DNA of 64,000 nucleotides from Minisyncoccota bacterium (GCA_041664925.1 JBAYJV010000003.1:21179-85178), one strand, 5' to 3'; positions 19,698 through 29,715 are shown, counted from the stretch's first letter. Translations and numbers: made by a program. Notes: generated by a model not told the origin, from the sequence alone.

Positions 19698-19905
19698 TTT
19701 GTCGCCTCCTTTGGAACTAGCCCTATTCTATATTCTTTATAAAATAATGTCAATGAAAATGGGTAGAAGCTAGAAGTTGGAAGATAGAGGTTAGAATAAT
19801 ACCATATGGCGAATACGAGATTTTTCGCTTGGTTCGACAAGCTCATCATAAATCACTCAGAATGACAGACAAAAATCGGAGGCTAAGACTCCGATTTAAC
19901 GATAT

Positions 19906-19967
19906 CGGGCTGGGGAGACTTGAACTCCCGACCTCACGGTCGCCTCAGGCGACCGCTAGTCAACTAC
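19906..19967 (-). pseudogene. Partial tRNA-like sequence. Its first 32 nt are a direct repeat of the 3' region of tRNA-Pro at 20233, and the remainder is diverged
   Basis: cgggctggggagacttgaactcccgacctcac is shared with 20233-20264. The 5' acceptor strand is missing. Confidence 0.5.
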
Positions 19968-20207
19968 ATGTTTAACATTTACATCTAGCCATTCTCTTCC
20001 CTTGCCAGATTTCAAGAATTTTTCTCTTCTAACTGCATCAATCCTTGTTTCGAATTTCTCTGTATATTCTAAAGAAAATGGTAGTTGGAATCTTATTGAT
20101 TTAGTTAATCCAAGATTATGCTCATCAATCCTTCTTTCTAAGTTGTTAGTTTGTCCGATATAGCGATAACCGTTTTTCTTACTTCTTAACACATATACAT
20201 AGTACAT
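19956..20207 (-). CDS. GIY-YIG nuclease-domain minigene
   Basis: YVYVLRSKKNGYRYIGQTNNLERRIDEHN is a classic GIY-YIG fold signature. About 84 aa. Start taken at MYYVYV, because the track's N-terminal extension overlaps the tRNA. Confidence 0.75.
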   Translation of the reverse strand: MYYVYVLRSKKNGYRYIGQTNNLERRIDEHNLGLTKSIRFQLPFSLEYTEKFETRIDAVRREKFLKSGKGREWLDVNVKHVVD

Positions 20208-20232
20208 TTTTAAGCTAAGATTATTATTTTCT

Positions 20233-20305
20233 TGTATCGGGCTGGGGAGACTTGAACTCCCGACCTCACGCACCCCATGCGCGCGCGCTAGCCAACTGCG
20301 CCACA
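20233..20305 (-). tRNA. tRNA-Pro (anticodon GGG inferred)
   Basis: The reverse complement folds as a cloverleaf: acceptor CGGGCTG/CAGCCCG, T-arm GGGAG-TTCAAGT-CTCCC, anticodon loop AUGGGGU. No encoded CCA. Confidence 0.7.
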
Positions 20306-20423
20306 GCCCGTCATTCTTATAATATATAATTATTGAACGAAAATCAATAATTTTTATTGATCCTTGACAATTTTATGGAAAAGAGTAGGATAAAGACAGC
20401 TTTAACGTTCCAAAGGAGGAACA

Positions 20424-20852
20424 ATGACAAAGAAGGAGCAACTGGTGTGGTTTGACAGTACCGGAGAGATTTCTTCTGGCGAAAAGCCTTTTCGCCGTAG
20501 AATCATCGCTATCGCTGAAGCTCGAAGTCTTTTAGGAGAGGCAATAAGGCTTCGTAAGAATTGGTCTATAGACGATCTTCCAGTTAGTGCTTGGTTGCGG
20601 GCAACACCAAGCAAAAGAAGATTTAGCATTGTCATCGGTGGTTTTAGAGGAGATCTGCGCCTTATTAGAAATGTTCGGTTAGTTAAGAAAGATATTTGCT
20701 TATATGCCCATGTACCAAGTATTGTCAAAAAAAGTTTTGGTAAATGGGAAGATGTTGCAGAATTTGAAGATGAAGACGGCAATCGTCTTTACGTTAGACT
20801 CATTTACATAGCTAAATACAGCGGAGCTAAGCCCTATATTGTTTCTGAGTAA
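20424..20852 (+). CDS. hypothetical protein
   Basis: 142-aa ORF with an AAGGAGG RBS. Terminator hairpin at about 20858-20882. Confidence 0.4.
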   Translation: MTKKEQLVWFDSTGEISSGEKPFRRRIIAIAEARSLLGEAIRLRKNWSIDDLPVSAWLRATPSKRRFSIVIGGFRGDLRLIRNVRLVKKDICLYAHVPSIVKKSFGKWEDVAEFEDEDGNRLYVRLIYIAKYSGAKPYIVSE

Positions 20853-20902
20853 AGCAAAGAGGTCCAGACGGACCTCTTTTTAATTTTATGTAATAAAAAA
20901 GA

Positions 20903-21088
20903 TTAGACTTTGCTTTTTTTGGCGATTGTTCGAAGGCAGCGCGTACAAACCTTAATTTGTTCGCCTTCAATTTGAGTTGTTTGAATATTCGCCCTTTTCC
21001 ATTTATTGGCAGTTGGGTTATTTTTTCCTCTAAGCTTCTTTCTGAGCCCACCCATCATCGAGGTTTTGTCGCAAATTTGACATCTCAT
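20903..21088 (-). CDS. rpmB: 50S ribosomal protein L28
   Basis: 61 aa with a zinc ribbon (CQICDK ... CTRCL) and a basic core. Matches bacterial L28 in length and pattern. Confidence 0.75.
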   Translation of the reverse strand: MRCQICDKTSMMGGLRKKLRGKNNPTANKWKRANIQTTQIEGEQIKVCTRCLRTIAKKSKV

Positions 21089-21179
21089 AGATATATAGAA
21101 TAAACTTATTAGTAAGAGGGTTTGTTTTGTTTACCTCAAGTTTTTCTATTTTAACTAAAAATTTATCAAATATCAATAC

Positions 21180-21800
21180 ATGACAAGTATTTTCATTGTT
21201 TTTCAGCTAATCGTTCTGATTTTTTCAGCGATTATCCATGAAATTTCTCATGGCGCAATGGCAAATCGTCTTGGCGATCCGACCGCAAAATCAATGGGAA
21301 GATTAAGTTTAAATCCCCTGAAACACCTTGAGTTTTTCGGCTCTTTTCTGGTGCCAGTAATGTTGTGGGTGCTCACTAAAGGAAGTTTTGTTTTTGGTTG
21401 GGCAAAACCAGTTCCAATTAATCCTTATAATATTCAAGATCAGAAACGTGGTCTAGCGAAAGTTGCCTTGGCGGGACCAGCATCAAATCTTATTATGGCG
21501 ATAGTTTTTGGCATGATTTTAAGATTTTTGCCTCAAACAAATCCGCAATTGATTCTTTTTGGGACATTCTTAAGCATTATAGTTCAGGTAAATATATTGT
21601 TAGCGGTTTTCAATCTTATTCCGGTTCCGCCGCTTGATGGCTCAAAAATTGTTTTTGCCTTTTTGCCAGCCAAGTATTATCAATGGGAACAGAAAATGGA
21701 GCAAAATAAATTTATTGTTTTGGCGATCGTCTTAATTTTTGCGCCCTATATTCTCTGGCCGGTGATTTCAGGAATTTATAGATTAATTATCGGGGTGTAA
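21180..21800 (+). CDS. site-2 protease family (peptidase M50) membrane metalloprotease
   Basis: HEISH (HExxH) lies in a TM helix. LNPLKHLEFFG motif. Polytopic. Confidence 0.7.
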   Translation: MTSIFIVFQLIVLIFSAIIHEISHGAMANRLGDPTAKSMGRLSLNPLKHLEFFGSFLVPVMLWVLTKGSFVFGWAKPVPINPYNIQDQKRGLAKVALAGPASNLIMAIVFGMILRFLPQTNPQLILFGTFLSIIVQVNILLAVFNLIPVPPLDGSKIVFAFLPAKYYQWEQKMEQNKFIVLAIVLIFAPYILWPVISGIYRLIIGV

Positions 21801-22019
21801 AAATTGATTATTATTCCCACCGAAGCTTGATACATAAGGGGTTTGGTGATAGAATGGAAAAAAATTAAAAGTTTAAAGTGCAAAGTGAAAAGTCAAAATT
21901 AAAAGTTCAAAATTAAACTTTAACTACTTATAATTAATATTTGGAAGTCGGACTTCCAAAGGAAGACCGACTTCCTTCAAACATTTTACATTTTTCACTT
22001 TAAATTTTAAACTTGAAAC

Positions 22020-22964
22020 ATGTTGACAATTAAAGAAATTTACAATTTAGCGATAGAGCTTGGCAGAAAGGCAGATTTTCGGTCAAAGACGGAAATTGAC
22101 GCCTTACTTAAACGCGCCAAAGAAAAATATGAAAAACTTTCTCAAAAAGAGAAAGAAGTTTTTGATAAGGAAAATTTAACCAATCCTTATGGTGACAGCA
22201 GAATTCTTTTTGGCGATACTGGAAAAAAGATAAAGAAAATCATGATGGGCATTGATATGAAAGAACCAGAGCTTTTGTTGGCTGATAAACTTGGCGATAT
22301 TGACCTTGTTATTTCTCATCATCCAGCCGGTATCGGGCTTGGCGGACTAGATGAAGTTATGGAACTTCAAGCGGATGTTTTGGAGCAATACGGTGTACCA
22401 ATTAATGTGGCTGAAGGATTAATGAGAAAAAGAATTTCCGAGGTTGCCAGGGGCGTATCGGCGTCAAACCATAATCGTTCTGTTGATTTTGCCAAATTGC
22501 TTGGGATGCCATTTATGTGTCTTCATACAACTTGCGATAATTTGGCAGCTGACTTTTTAAATAAAGAAATTAAGAAAAAGAATCCGCGCTATGTTGGTGA
22601 CTTGCTGGATTTGCTTTTTGATATTCCCGAATATAAAGAAGCAGCGAAAATCAAGGCGGGACCAAGTCTTTTTGCTGGGGCCAAAGAAAATCGCTGCGGT
22701 AAAATTGCGCTGACGGAATTAACTGGAGGTACTGAAGGTTCATCAGAAATTTACGAAAGACTAGCTCATGCGGGAATCGGAACAGTCATTGGCATGCATA
22801 TGTCAGAAAAACATACTGAAGCCGCCAAAAAAGCTCATATCAATGCGGTCATTGCTGGTCATATTTCATCAGATTCAATCGGCATTAATCTTTTCTTGGA
22901 TGTATTGGAAAAAAAGGGAATTGAAGTTGTGCCGGCATCGGGATTGACAAGGGTTAGAAGATAA
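22020..22964 (+). CDS. Nif3-like (DUF34) dinuclear-metal-centre protein, tentative
   Basis: ISHHPAG and GHISSDS motifs resemble the NIF3 family. Low certainty. Confidence 0.4.
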   Translation: MLTIKEIYNLAIELGRKADFRSKTEIDALLKRAKEKYEKLSQKEKEVFDKENLTNPYGDSRILFGDTGKKIKKIMMGIDMKEPELLLADKLGDIDLVISHHPAGIGLGGLDEVMELQADVLEQYGVPINVAEGLMRKRISEVARGVSASNHNRSVDFAKLLGMPFMCLHTTCDNLAADFLNKEIKKKNPRYVGDLLDLLFDIPEYKEAAKIKAGPSLFAGAKENRCGKIALTELTGGTEGSSEIYERLAHAGIGTVIGMHMSEKHTEAAKKAHINAVIAGHISSDSIGINLFLDVLEKKGIEVVPASGLTRVRR

Positions 22965-23122
22965 ACTTAACTAAATCCGAAATACGAAGTACGAAATACG
23001 AAACAATATCTAATTTTAAAAATTATAAATTCAAAACGGTTTTGGTCATTTGGATTTAAATATTAAAATTTGTTTCGAATTTCGAAATTCGATATTCGAA
23101 TTTTGCTTGTAATTATAAATCT

Positions 23123-24544
23123 ATGACTCGTATTTACATTAAAGATACTCCAAATCATATCGGCAAAGATATTATCCTTTGCGGGTGGGTTAGGACACGC
23201 CGCGATCATGGCAAGATTATTTTTATTGATTTATGGGATGCAACGGGCATAATTCAGTGTGTTTTAGCGCCTGATCAAGAAGAGGGTTATAAAGTCGGTC
23301 AAGGCCTCAGGGGTGAATGGGTGGTTAAATTTGAGGGTGAAGTCAAAAAGCGTCCCGACAAAATGGTCAATGACAAAATCGCAACCGGGGGCGTTGAATT
23401 TCTTGTAAAAAAAGTAGAAGTTTTCTCAGAAGCAGGTGAATTACCACTGGATATTAAAGGCGATGGAACTGATATTAAAGAAGATTTTCGCCTTAAATAT
23501 CGCTATTTGGATTTAAGGCGCGAGAGAATGCAAGAAATTATGAGAATTCGCTCAAGGGCAAAAACTTGGGTGATGAATTATCTTTCTGAAAAAGGTTTTA
23601 CTGAGATAGAAACGCCTCTCATGACAAAATCGACCCCCGAAGGCGCGCGCGACTTCATTATTCCTTCGCGATTACAAGCAGGTAAATTTTATGCTCTTCC
23701 TCAGAGTCCGCAACAATACAAACAGCTTTTGATGGTTGCGGGTATGGAAAAGTATTTTCAATTTGCCCGTGTTTTCCGCGATGAAGATTTGAGAGCGGAT
23801 AGGCTTTTTGAGCATACTCAACTTGATATTGAAATGAGCTTTGCCAGCCAAGAAGATATTTTGGGAATCATTGAACCGATGATTATTGAAATGTCAGAAA
23901 AAGTTTTTGGAAAAACCATTCAAGAAAAACCTTTTCCCAGAATCACTTATCAAGATGCGATGGAAAAATATGGCAATGACAAACCCGATATGAGAAAAGA
24001 TAAAAATAATCCTGATGTTTTGGCATTTTGCTGGGTGATTGATTTTCCCATGTTTGAAGTTTTGGAAGATGGTTCGATTGATGCGGTCCATCACCCCTTT
24101 ACAGCGATGAAAGATGAAGATTTGGCGATTTTCGACAAAATCAATCCAGAAAAAATTACAGAAGCTGACAGAAAAAACTTAATGAAGATTCGCGCTAAGC
24201 AATATGACTTGGCGTTAAACGGCATGGAAGTGATGGGCGGATCAGTCAGAACTCATGATGCGAAAATTTTGAAGAAAGTTTTTCAAATGTTAGGGCATAG
24301 CGCTGAAAATGTTGAGAAACAATTTGGTCATTTACTTGAAGCTTTCAGTTATGGCGTGCCTCCGCATGGCGGGATTGCTGCTGGTTTTGACAGAATGCTT
24401 CAAGCGATTTTAGGACAAAAAAGCATTCGCGAAACCGTTGCTTTTCCCACTTCGACTTCAGGTATAACTTCGGTCATGGACGCACCGTCGGAAGTGGACG
24501 AAAAACAGCTCAAAGAACTAGGAATCAAAGTTGTCAAAAAATAA
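23123..24544 (+). CDS. aspS: aspartyl-tRNA synthetase, short form lacking the bacterial GAD insertion
   Basis: N-terminal OB fold. QSPQQYKQLLMVAG ... FRDEDLRADRLFEHTQLDIEMSF class-II motif 2 matches AspRS (FRDEDLRADRQPEFTQID). GGSVRTHD motif 3. Confidence 0.85.
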   Translation: MTRIYIKDTPNHIGKDIILCGWVRTRRDHGKIIFIDLWDATGIIQCVLAPDQEEGYKVGQGLRGEWVVKFEGEVKKRPDKMVNDKIATGGVEFLVKKVEVFSEAGELPLDIKGDGTDIKEDFRLKYRYLDLRRERMQEIMRIRSRAKTWVMNYLSEKGFTEIETPLMTKSTPEGARDFIIPSRLQAGKFYALPQSPQQYKQLLMVAGMEKYFQFARVFRDEDLRADRLFEHTQLDIEMSFASQEDILGIIEPMIIEMSEKVFGKTIQEKPFPRITYQDAMEKYGNDKPDMRKDKNNPDVLAFCWVIDFPMFEVLEDGSIDAVHHPFTAMKDEDLAIFDKINPEKITEADRKNLMKIRAKQYDLALNGMEVMGGSVRTHDAKILKKVFQMLGHSAENVEKQFGHLLEAFSYGVPPHGGIAAGFDRMLQAILGQKSIRETVAFPTSTSGITSVMDAPSEVDEKQLKELGIKVVKK

Positions 24545-24551
24545 TAAATTA

Positions 24552-24582
24552 AAATATTTGGAAGTCTCACTTCCAAATATTT
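24552..24582. repeat. Palindrome AAATATTTGGAAGTCTCACTTCCAAATATTT. Second copy at about 28004-28034. Related GAAGTCGGACTTC-core palindromes at about 21949-21975 and 29651-29667
   Basis: Seen directly. Lies upstream of paralogous genes 1 and 3 of the MxREGEQF family. Confidence 0.75.
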
Positions 24583-24642
24583 GTTTAATGAACCTTAAAA
24601 ATATGTTTGAGGTCTCACCTCTAACATATTTCTCATATTGCT

Positions 24643-27183
24643 ATGTTTAGAGAAGGAGAACAATTTTTACATAAAAGAGACAGTCAACTGCACACTTCTG
24701 GTCCGGTGGAGCATGAAAAATATCGCAAAGAAATGGCAGGCGAGGAAACTTCACAAAAACCAGTCGACAAGATCGCTGATTGGCTGAAAGTTATTGAAAA
24801 AACTCATCTGGAACATCGGGATGATCCAAGAGTTTTAGAAAGAATCAAGGAGTATTACCACGATCAGTTTGTCATTAAACCAGAAGATGTTCCTGAGAGT
24901 TATTATGAAAATCAAAAAAGAATAGCTCGAGAACAAGGTCATGGCGATATTGAAATTCCTGAACGGATAAGAGAACAAGGAAGAGAGGTAATTATTAATG
25001 ATCAAAAATCTACTCTGGATAATTGGGTAGATTATTTTATTTCTCATGATTCTGAAAGTTTTCCAATGTGGGCAAAGTATTGGGCATTTAATGGGATGCT
25101 CAAACTCTCAACTTTTGATAAAGAAAAACATGTTTTTGGAAAACGAGATAAAAATACAGTTGCCCCTTTTCCTGATCTTAATCGCGAAGCCCTAGCCTAT
25201 GTGATTGATGCTATTATTAAGAAAGCCAAGAATGAGAACATACCAATAGCGCAAGATAATCCAGAACTTCAGAAGCTTCTTGAAGGAGCCAATTTTGGCA
25301 AGCTATATATCTATGCGATTGAAAAAGTAACTCCCACAGAAACAAATGAACTTTTAAAAACAGAAGGAGAATGGGTTAGATATCCTCAAGAATCTGACCA
25401 TATGCCATTAGTCGAATCTCTCCAGGGCTATGGTACGGGTTGGTGTACAGCTGGAGAAAACACAGCAAAGGCCCAATTAGAAAGCGGTGATTTTTATGTA
25501 TATTATTCCCACGACAAAGAAGGCAACCCAACTATTCCCAGAGCAGCGATCAGGATGGAAGGAGAAAATATTGCCGAAGTCAGAGGCATTGGTCCACAAC
25601 AAAATCTTGATCCATATATTAGCGATGTTGTTGAGAAAAAATTAGTAGAATTTCCTGACGGTCAAGCTTACAAGAAAAAAACAGCTGACATGAAACGGCT
25701 GACAGAAATTGAAAAAAGAAATCTCAAAGGAGAAGAATTAACAAAAGAAGACCTAAGGTTTTTATATCAATTGGACACAAAGATTGAAGGATTTGGCTAT
25801 GGAAAAGATCCAAGGATTGAAGAGATTTTGAAAAAAAGAGATATTAAATCCGATCTTTCTTTAGCAACAGGATATTCAAAAGAGCAAATTAGCACAACAG
25901 GACAGGAGGCTTTTCAAAACAATATTGAAATTCATTACGGCGATATTTTTATTAATGATTTTGATCTTGAAGAATTGAGTTATTCTTTTGATAAACTGAA
26001 ATTTCCAAAAATAGTAACTGGAAGCATTTCATTGTCTAATCTAAACCATTTTGATCGAGTGGAGTTTCCAGAGGAAATCAAGGGTAATCTTGGGCTTGGT
26101 GATATTGTGTTTGTGGAAGGGATAAAACTGCCTAAAATCGTAGGCGGGAATCTTGATCTTGGTAGTATTGAGTCTGCCGTTGGTCTCGAATTACCAGAAG
26201 TAATAGATGGAAACTTATATCTTGGAGGTTTAGAATCTCCAGAAGGATTGAAATTGCCAAAAAAAATAGGCGGCACTCTTTATCTTAGCGGTCTTAAGTC
26301 TGCAGAAGGATTGGAATTGCCAGAAGTAGTAGGTGGTAGTTTGATACTTTATGGTCTTGAGTCTGCCAAAGGCCTAAAATTACCCAAAACAATTGGTGGA
26401 GAATTAGATCTTAATGGTCTAGAGTCTCAAGAAGGACTAGAATTACCAGAAACAGTAAATGGCAATCTTGGACTTAATAGTCTTAAGTCTGTCAAAGGTC
26501 TTAAATTACCAAAAATAGTTAAAGGATATCTTCATCTTAGCAGTCTTGAGTCTACTAATGGTTTAGAATTACCAGAAATACTAGGCGGACTTTCTTTGGG
26601 CGGAATTGATAATGTGAAAGATTTGAAATTACCAAGAACAATGAGCGAAAACCTTAATCTTGTTGGCCTTACATCTGCAGAAGGATTAGAATTTCCAGAA
26701 ACAGTAGGTGGTACTATTTATCTTAATTCTCTTGAGTCTGCTAAGGGGTTAAAATTACCGAAAACAGTAGGCGGAGGGATTCGCCTCAATGCTCTTAAGT
26801 CTGCTGAAGGATTAGAATTACCAGAAATAGTAAACGGTGACCTTGATCTTAGAGGCCTTATTTTTCCTCAGGGATTAAAATTGCCAAGGATAATAAAAGG
26901 AGATCTTTTACTCAATGGTCTTAAGTCTGCAGAAGGATTAGAATTTCCAGAAACAGTAAATGGCGAACTTGATCTTAATGGCCTTGTGTATCCTCAGGGA
27001 TTAAAATTGCCAAGGACGATAAAAGGAAATCTTTCGCTTAATGGTCTTAAATCTGTTGAAGGATTAGAATTTCCAGAAACAGTTGGTTTGACAATTTATC
27101 TCAATGGTCTTCCACGAACTATCAGGTTTGAAGAGATAAGAAGATTAAGAAAACAATACCCTGAATTAGCTTTTCATTATTAA
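24643..27183 (+). CDS. large protein with about 25 tandem 21-residue leucine-rich-repeat-like units at its C-terminus
   Basis: Repeats LP(E/K)xVxGxLxLxGL(E/K)SxEGL(E/K) alternate between LELPE and LKLPK types. The N-terminal MFREGEQF is shared with the next two genes. Confidence 0.6.
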   Translation: MFREGEQFLHKRDSQLHTSGPVEHEKYRKEMAGEETSQKPVDKIADWLKVIEKTHLEHRDDPRVLERIKEYYHDQFVIKPEDVPESYYENQKRIAREQGHGDIEIPERIREQGREVIINDQKSTLDNWVDYFISHDSESFPMWAKYWAFNGMLKLSTFDKEKHVFGKRDKNTVAPFPDLNREALAYVIDAIIKKAKNENIPIAQDNPELQKLLEGANFGKLYIYAIEKVTPTETNELLKTEGEWVRYPQESDHMPLVESLQGYGTGWCTAGENTAKAQLESGDFYVYYSHDKEGNPTIPRAAIRMEGENIAEVRGIGPQQNLDPYISDVVEKKLVEFPDGQAYKKKTADMKRLTEIEKRNLKGEELTKEDLRFLYQLDTKIEGFGYGKDPRIEEILKKRDIKSDLSLATGYSKEQISTTGQEAFQNNIEIHYGDIFINDFDLEELSYSFDKLKFPKIVTGSISLSNLNHFDRVEFPEEIKGNLGLGDIVFVEGIKLPKIVGGNLDLGSIESAVGLELPEVIDGNLYLGGLESPEGLKLPKKIGGTLYLSGLKSAEGLELPEVVGGSLILYGLESAKGLKLPKTIGGELDLNGLESQEGLELPETVNGNLGLNSLKSVKGLKLPKIVKGYLHLSSLESTNGLELPEILGGLSLGGIDNVKDLKLPRTMSENLNLVGLTSAEGLEFPETVGGTIYLNSLESAKGLKLPKTVGGGIRLNALKSAEGLELPEIVNGDLDLRGLIFPQGLKLPRIIKGDLLLNGLKSAEGLEFPETVNGELDLNGLVYPQGLKLPRTIKGNLSLNGLKSVEGLEFPETVGLTIYLNGLPRTIRFEEIRRLRKQYPELAFHY

Positions 27184-27204
27184 ATACATAAAGGCAATAT
27201 ATCT

Positions 27205-27978
27205 ATGCTTAGAGAAGGAGAACAATTTGATCAAACAGAAACGGGCGAGTTTGTTGAACAAAAAGTTGAGGATATAGAACCTGACGCTTTTTCTTTGAGT
27301 CCTGAATCGCGACAAACATTAGAAGATTTAAAATTAAAACTACAAGATTTTCGAGATCGTTTTGTTTCGTCTGATACTCAAAAAATTCCGTTTACCGAAC
27401 CGGGCGGCGAACAAGATATTGCAAGAAAAATGACAGCGCTTCAAAAAGAAAAAATTCCACAAATATTTAAGGAAACGGATTTTGAAAGCTCTCATCTAGC
27501 TATTCATGAAACCCAAAAAGAGAAAAATTCCTGCCAATTAGCTTCTGTGAGTAATATTCTTGGAGCACTTGGCATAGAGGTCTCAGAAAAAGAGATTGCC
27601 GGAGAGATTGGCAAGAGCGGAGAATTTGCGGATATATGGCCAGACCAATTAGTTAAGTATTTAAGAGACAAAGGACTAGATGTAACTAGAATAAACGATA
27701 CCCTAGAAGCGATTGATGTGCTTATAAGGGGCGGGAAAATTGTTTTATTTCTTTTGCCTCCGAAATATCCAGTTGCACACGCTGTCGCCATTTCTGGAGT
27801 AAAAATTAATCATGGGAAAATTGAGTTTTATGTTAATGATCCCCAATACAAAAATTACGCGGAAACTCTTTCTTTGGATGACCTTGTCGATATTATAATT
27901 CCTTATTCTTTTAATAGAATTACTCTCCCTTACGCTGTATTAAAAGGGAGGCATTACCAAAATAAATCTGAAAAATAG
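27205..27978 (+). CDS. protein with the shared N-terminal MLREGEQFDQTETGEFVEQKVEDI and a C39/papain-like cysteine-peptidase-like C-terminal domain (tentative)
   Basis: Putative catalytic Cys in NSCQLASVSNILG and His in HAVAISG. The spacing resembles C39-type peptidases. Confidence 0.4.
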   Translation: MLREGEQFDQTETGEFVEQKVEDIEPDAFSLSPESRQTLEDLKLKLQDFRDRFVSSDTQKIPFTEPGGEQDIARKMTALQKEKIPQIFKETDFESSHLAIHETQKEKNSCQLASVSNILGALGIEVSEKEIAGEIGKSGEFADIWPDQLVKYLRDKGLDVTRINDTLEAIDVLIRGGKIVLFLLPPKYPVAHAVAISGVKINHGKIEFYVNDPQYKNYAETLSLDDLVDIIIPYSFNRITLPYAVLKGRHYQNKSEK

Positions 27979-28037
27979 ACTTAAGCTGATTGATATATTT
28001 TGGAAGTCTCACTTCCAAATATTTGTTTAACATATCC

Positions 28038-29189
28038 ATGCTTATAGAAGGAGAACAATTTAATCAGACAGAAACGGGCGAAATTGTTGAACAAAAAGTT
28101 GAAGATATAAGAGCTGAAGAACATTGTTTTGGAGAAGATGAGGGCGAACTTGTTTTAAATTATTTGAAAGGATACATTGAGAGACACAATACGCCTCCAT
28201 CAGAAAACGATGTCTATGCTTTTCTTTCCGGAAAACCCCTTTCTGGCGAACAAATGGGAAAGGTTTATGAAGAATGGCAGCAACAACCTACTACCACAAA
28301 ATGGGCGGAAGATTTGAAACGATTTTATGACGAAAGAGAAGAAGACGGATTATCAAAAATGACAGGATGGATTCATTTTGATACGGCTTGGACAAAAAGA
28401 GGCGAGCAGGAAAAAAGGGAAGAAACTAAATATCGTTTTTATTTCAATCCGAAAGATGAATATGTCGGTACGGTATTTCAGAATTTAATTACGCTTTTAG
28501 AAGGCGACCCAAATTTGGGATTTGGAATTAAAACACATTCTGTTTTTACGGGCGAGCTTCCGGAAGGAGAAAAAAGATTAGTGCCCGAAGAGGCTTTTAG
28601 GGCAAAGGACAGAATCGTTCTTTATGTTGAAGAAAAATCAGCTAATCAAGTTTTGGGATTATTGCGAGATTATGTAGAAAGTCACAAAGATTGGTTTAAC
28701 GAGGATGCGCTTCCTTTTTCTGCGAAAATTAAAGATAAGACTGGTGTGGAAAAATTACCTGGCATCTCAATGGCTGGAGAGCTTGATCGTGAATCCCAAG
28801 GCCGCAACCCGACCTCTTTTACGGGAATTCAGGCAAGGATTATTCAAAGAGGATTAAAAGAAATGGCGGACTTGATCGAAAATCCGGATGGACATGATCC
28901 TATTAAAGCTGATTATCTAGGAACATTCAGTCAAGATTCAGAAATCCAACAATGGGCTTTGCGAATTCAAGAGGAATATAAAAAAAGAAAAAGCGAACTT
29001 CAAGGAAGGTGGATTGATAAGGAGCGTTTGATTCACGAATGCGTTGTCGACGATCCGCAAAGCGCCAAGATTTTTCCCAAAGTTTTTCGCCATTTTTATG
29101 AAAGATTTGCTACGCTTTATGGCATTGATTTAAAAAATATCGCTTTCTATGATGAAGAAAGGCAAAAATTAATGAAGGACGTGCAATAA
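28038..29189 (+). CDS. hypothetical protein, third member of the shared N-terminus family (MLIEGEQFNQTETGEIVEQKVEDI)
   Basis: The N-terminal 24 aa and the underlying DNA are almost identical to those of 27205. The C-terminal domain is unrelated. Confidence 0.45.
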   Translation: MLIEGEQFNQTETGEIVEQKVEDIRAEEHCFGEDEGELVLNYLKGYIERHNTPPSENDVYAFLSGKPLSGEQMGKVYEEWQQQPTTTKWAEDLKRFYDEREEDGLSKMTGWIHFDTAWTKRGEQEKREETKYRFYFNPKDEYVGTVFQNLITLLEGDPNLGFGIKTHSVFTGELPEGEKRLVPEEAFRAKDRIVLYVEEKSANQVLGLLRDYVESHKDWFNEDALPFSAKIKDKTGVEKLPGISMAGELDRESQGRNPTSFTGIQARIIQRGLKEMADLIENPDGHDPIKADYLGTFSQDSEIQQWALRIQEEYKKRKSELQGRWIDKERLIHECVVDDPQSAKIFPKVFRHFYERFATLYGIDLKNIAFYDEERQKLMKDVQ

Positions 29190-29295
29190 ACTCTAAACTT
29201 TAAATAAATTGACATATGTGGGAGGCTGAGCCTCCCACATATGTCTTATTGACAATTGGTTATCTGTGTATTAATGTTGTAGTAAGGAGGGCGAT

Positions 29296-29571
29296 ATGCG
29301 TATTAAAAAGGCTAGCAAGGGATGGCGAGGCAATGTTACTCTTGATACTAGAATAAAACACGATCCTCAAGAAGACGATCCCAAATTGGGACCAATCATT
29401 AAACAAGCTTACGAAGAAGCATGTATTACAGTGTGCGGAGAGAAAAAGCCTCGAAAACTAGAGCTTGGTCAGAATCACGCTATTTGGGGAAAACAAAAAG
29501 AGATCCTGAGAGCACAAGGCATTAGTTGGAAAACTCCAGCGGAAATGACTCCAGGAACAATGATAGATTAA
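29296..29571 (+). CDS. hypothetical protein
   Basis: Promoter TTGACA ... TATTAAT. RBS AGGAGGG. Terminator hairpin at 29588-29615. Confidence 0.35.
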   Translation: MRIKKASKGWRGNVTLDTRIKHDPQEDDPKLGPIIKQAYEEACITVCGEKKPRKLELGQNHAIWGKQKEILRAQGISWKTPAEMTPGTMID

Positions 29572-29715
29572 GAATTGTTCTTTGCCCGACACAGAAGAAA
29601 GTGTCGGGTTTTTTGATAGATATTTACTTTTTATTGCAAAACACAATCTTACGAAGTCGGACTTCGTAAAATTGTTATATCTCATTGGCATTCACAAGAA
29701 AATCTAATAAAAAGC

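Noticed and set aside
23123-24544. Asparaginyl-tRNA synthetase instead of AspRS
   Set aside because: The motif-2 region FRDEDLRADRLFEHTQLDIEMSF and QSPQQYKQLLM match AspRS signatures rather than AsnRS, though the enzyme may be non-discriminating.
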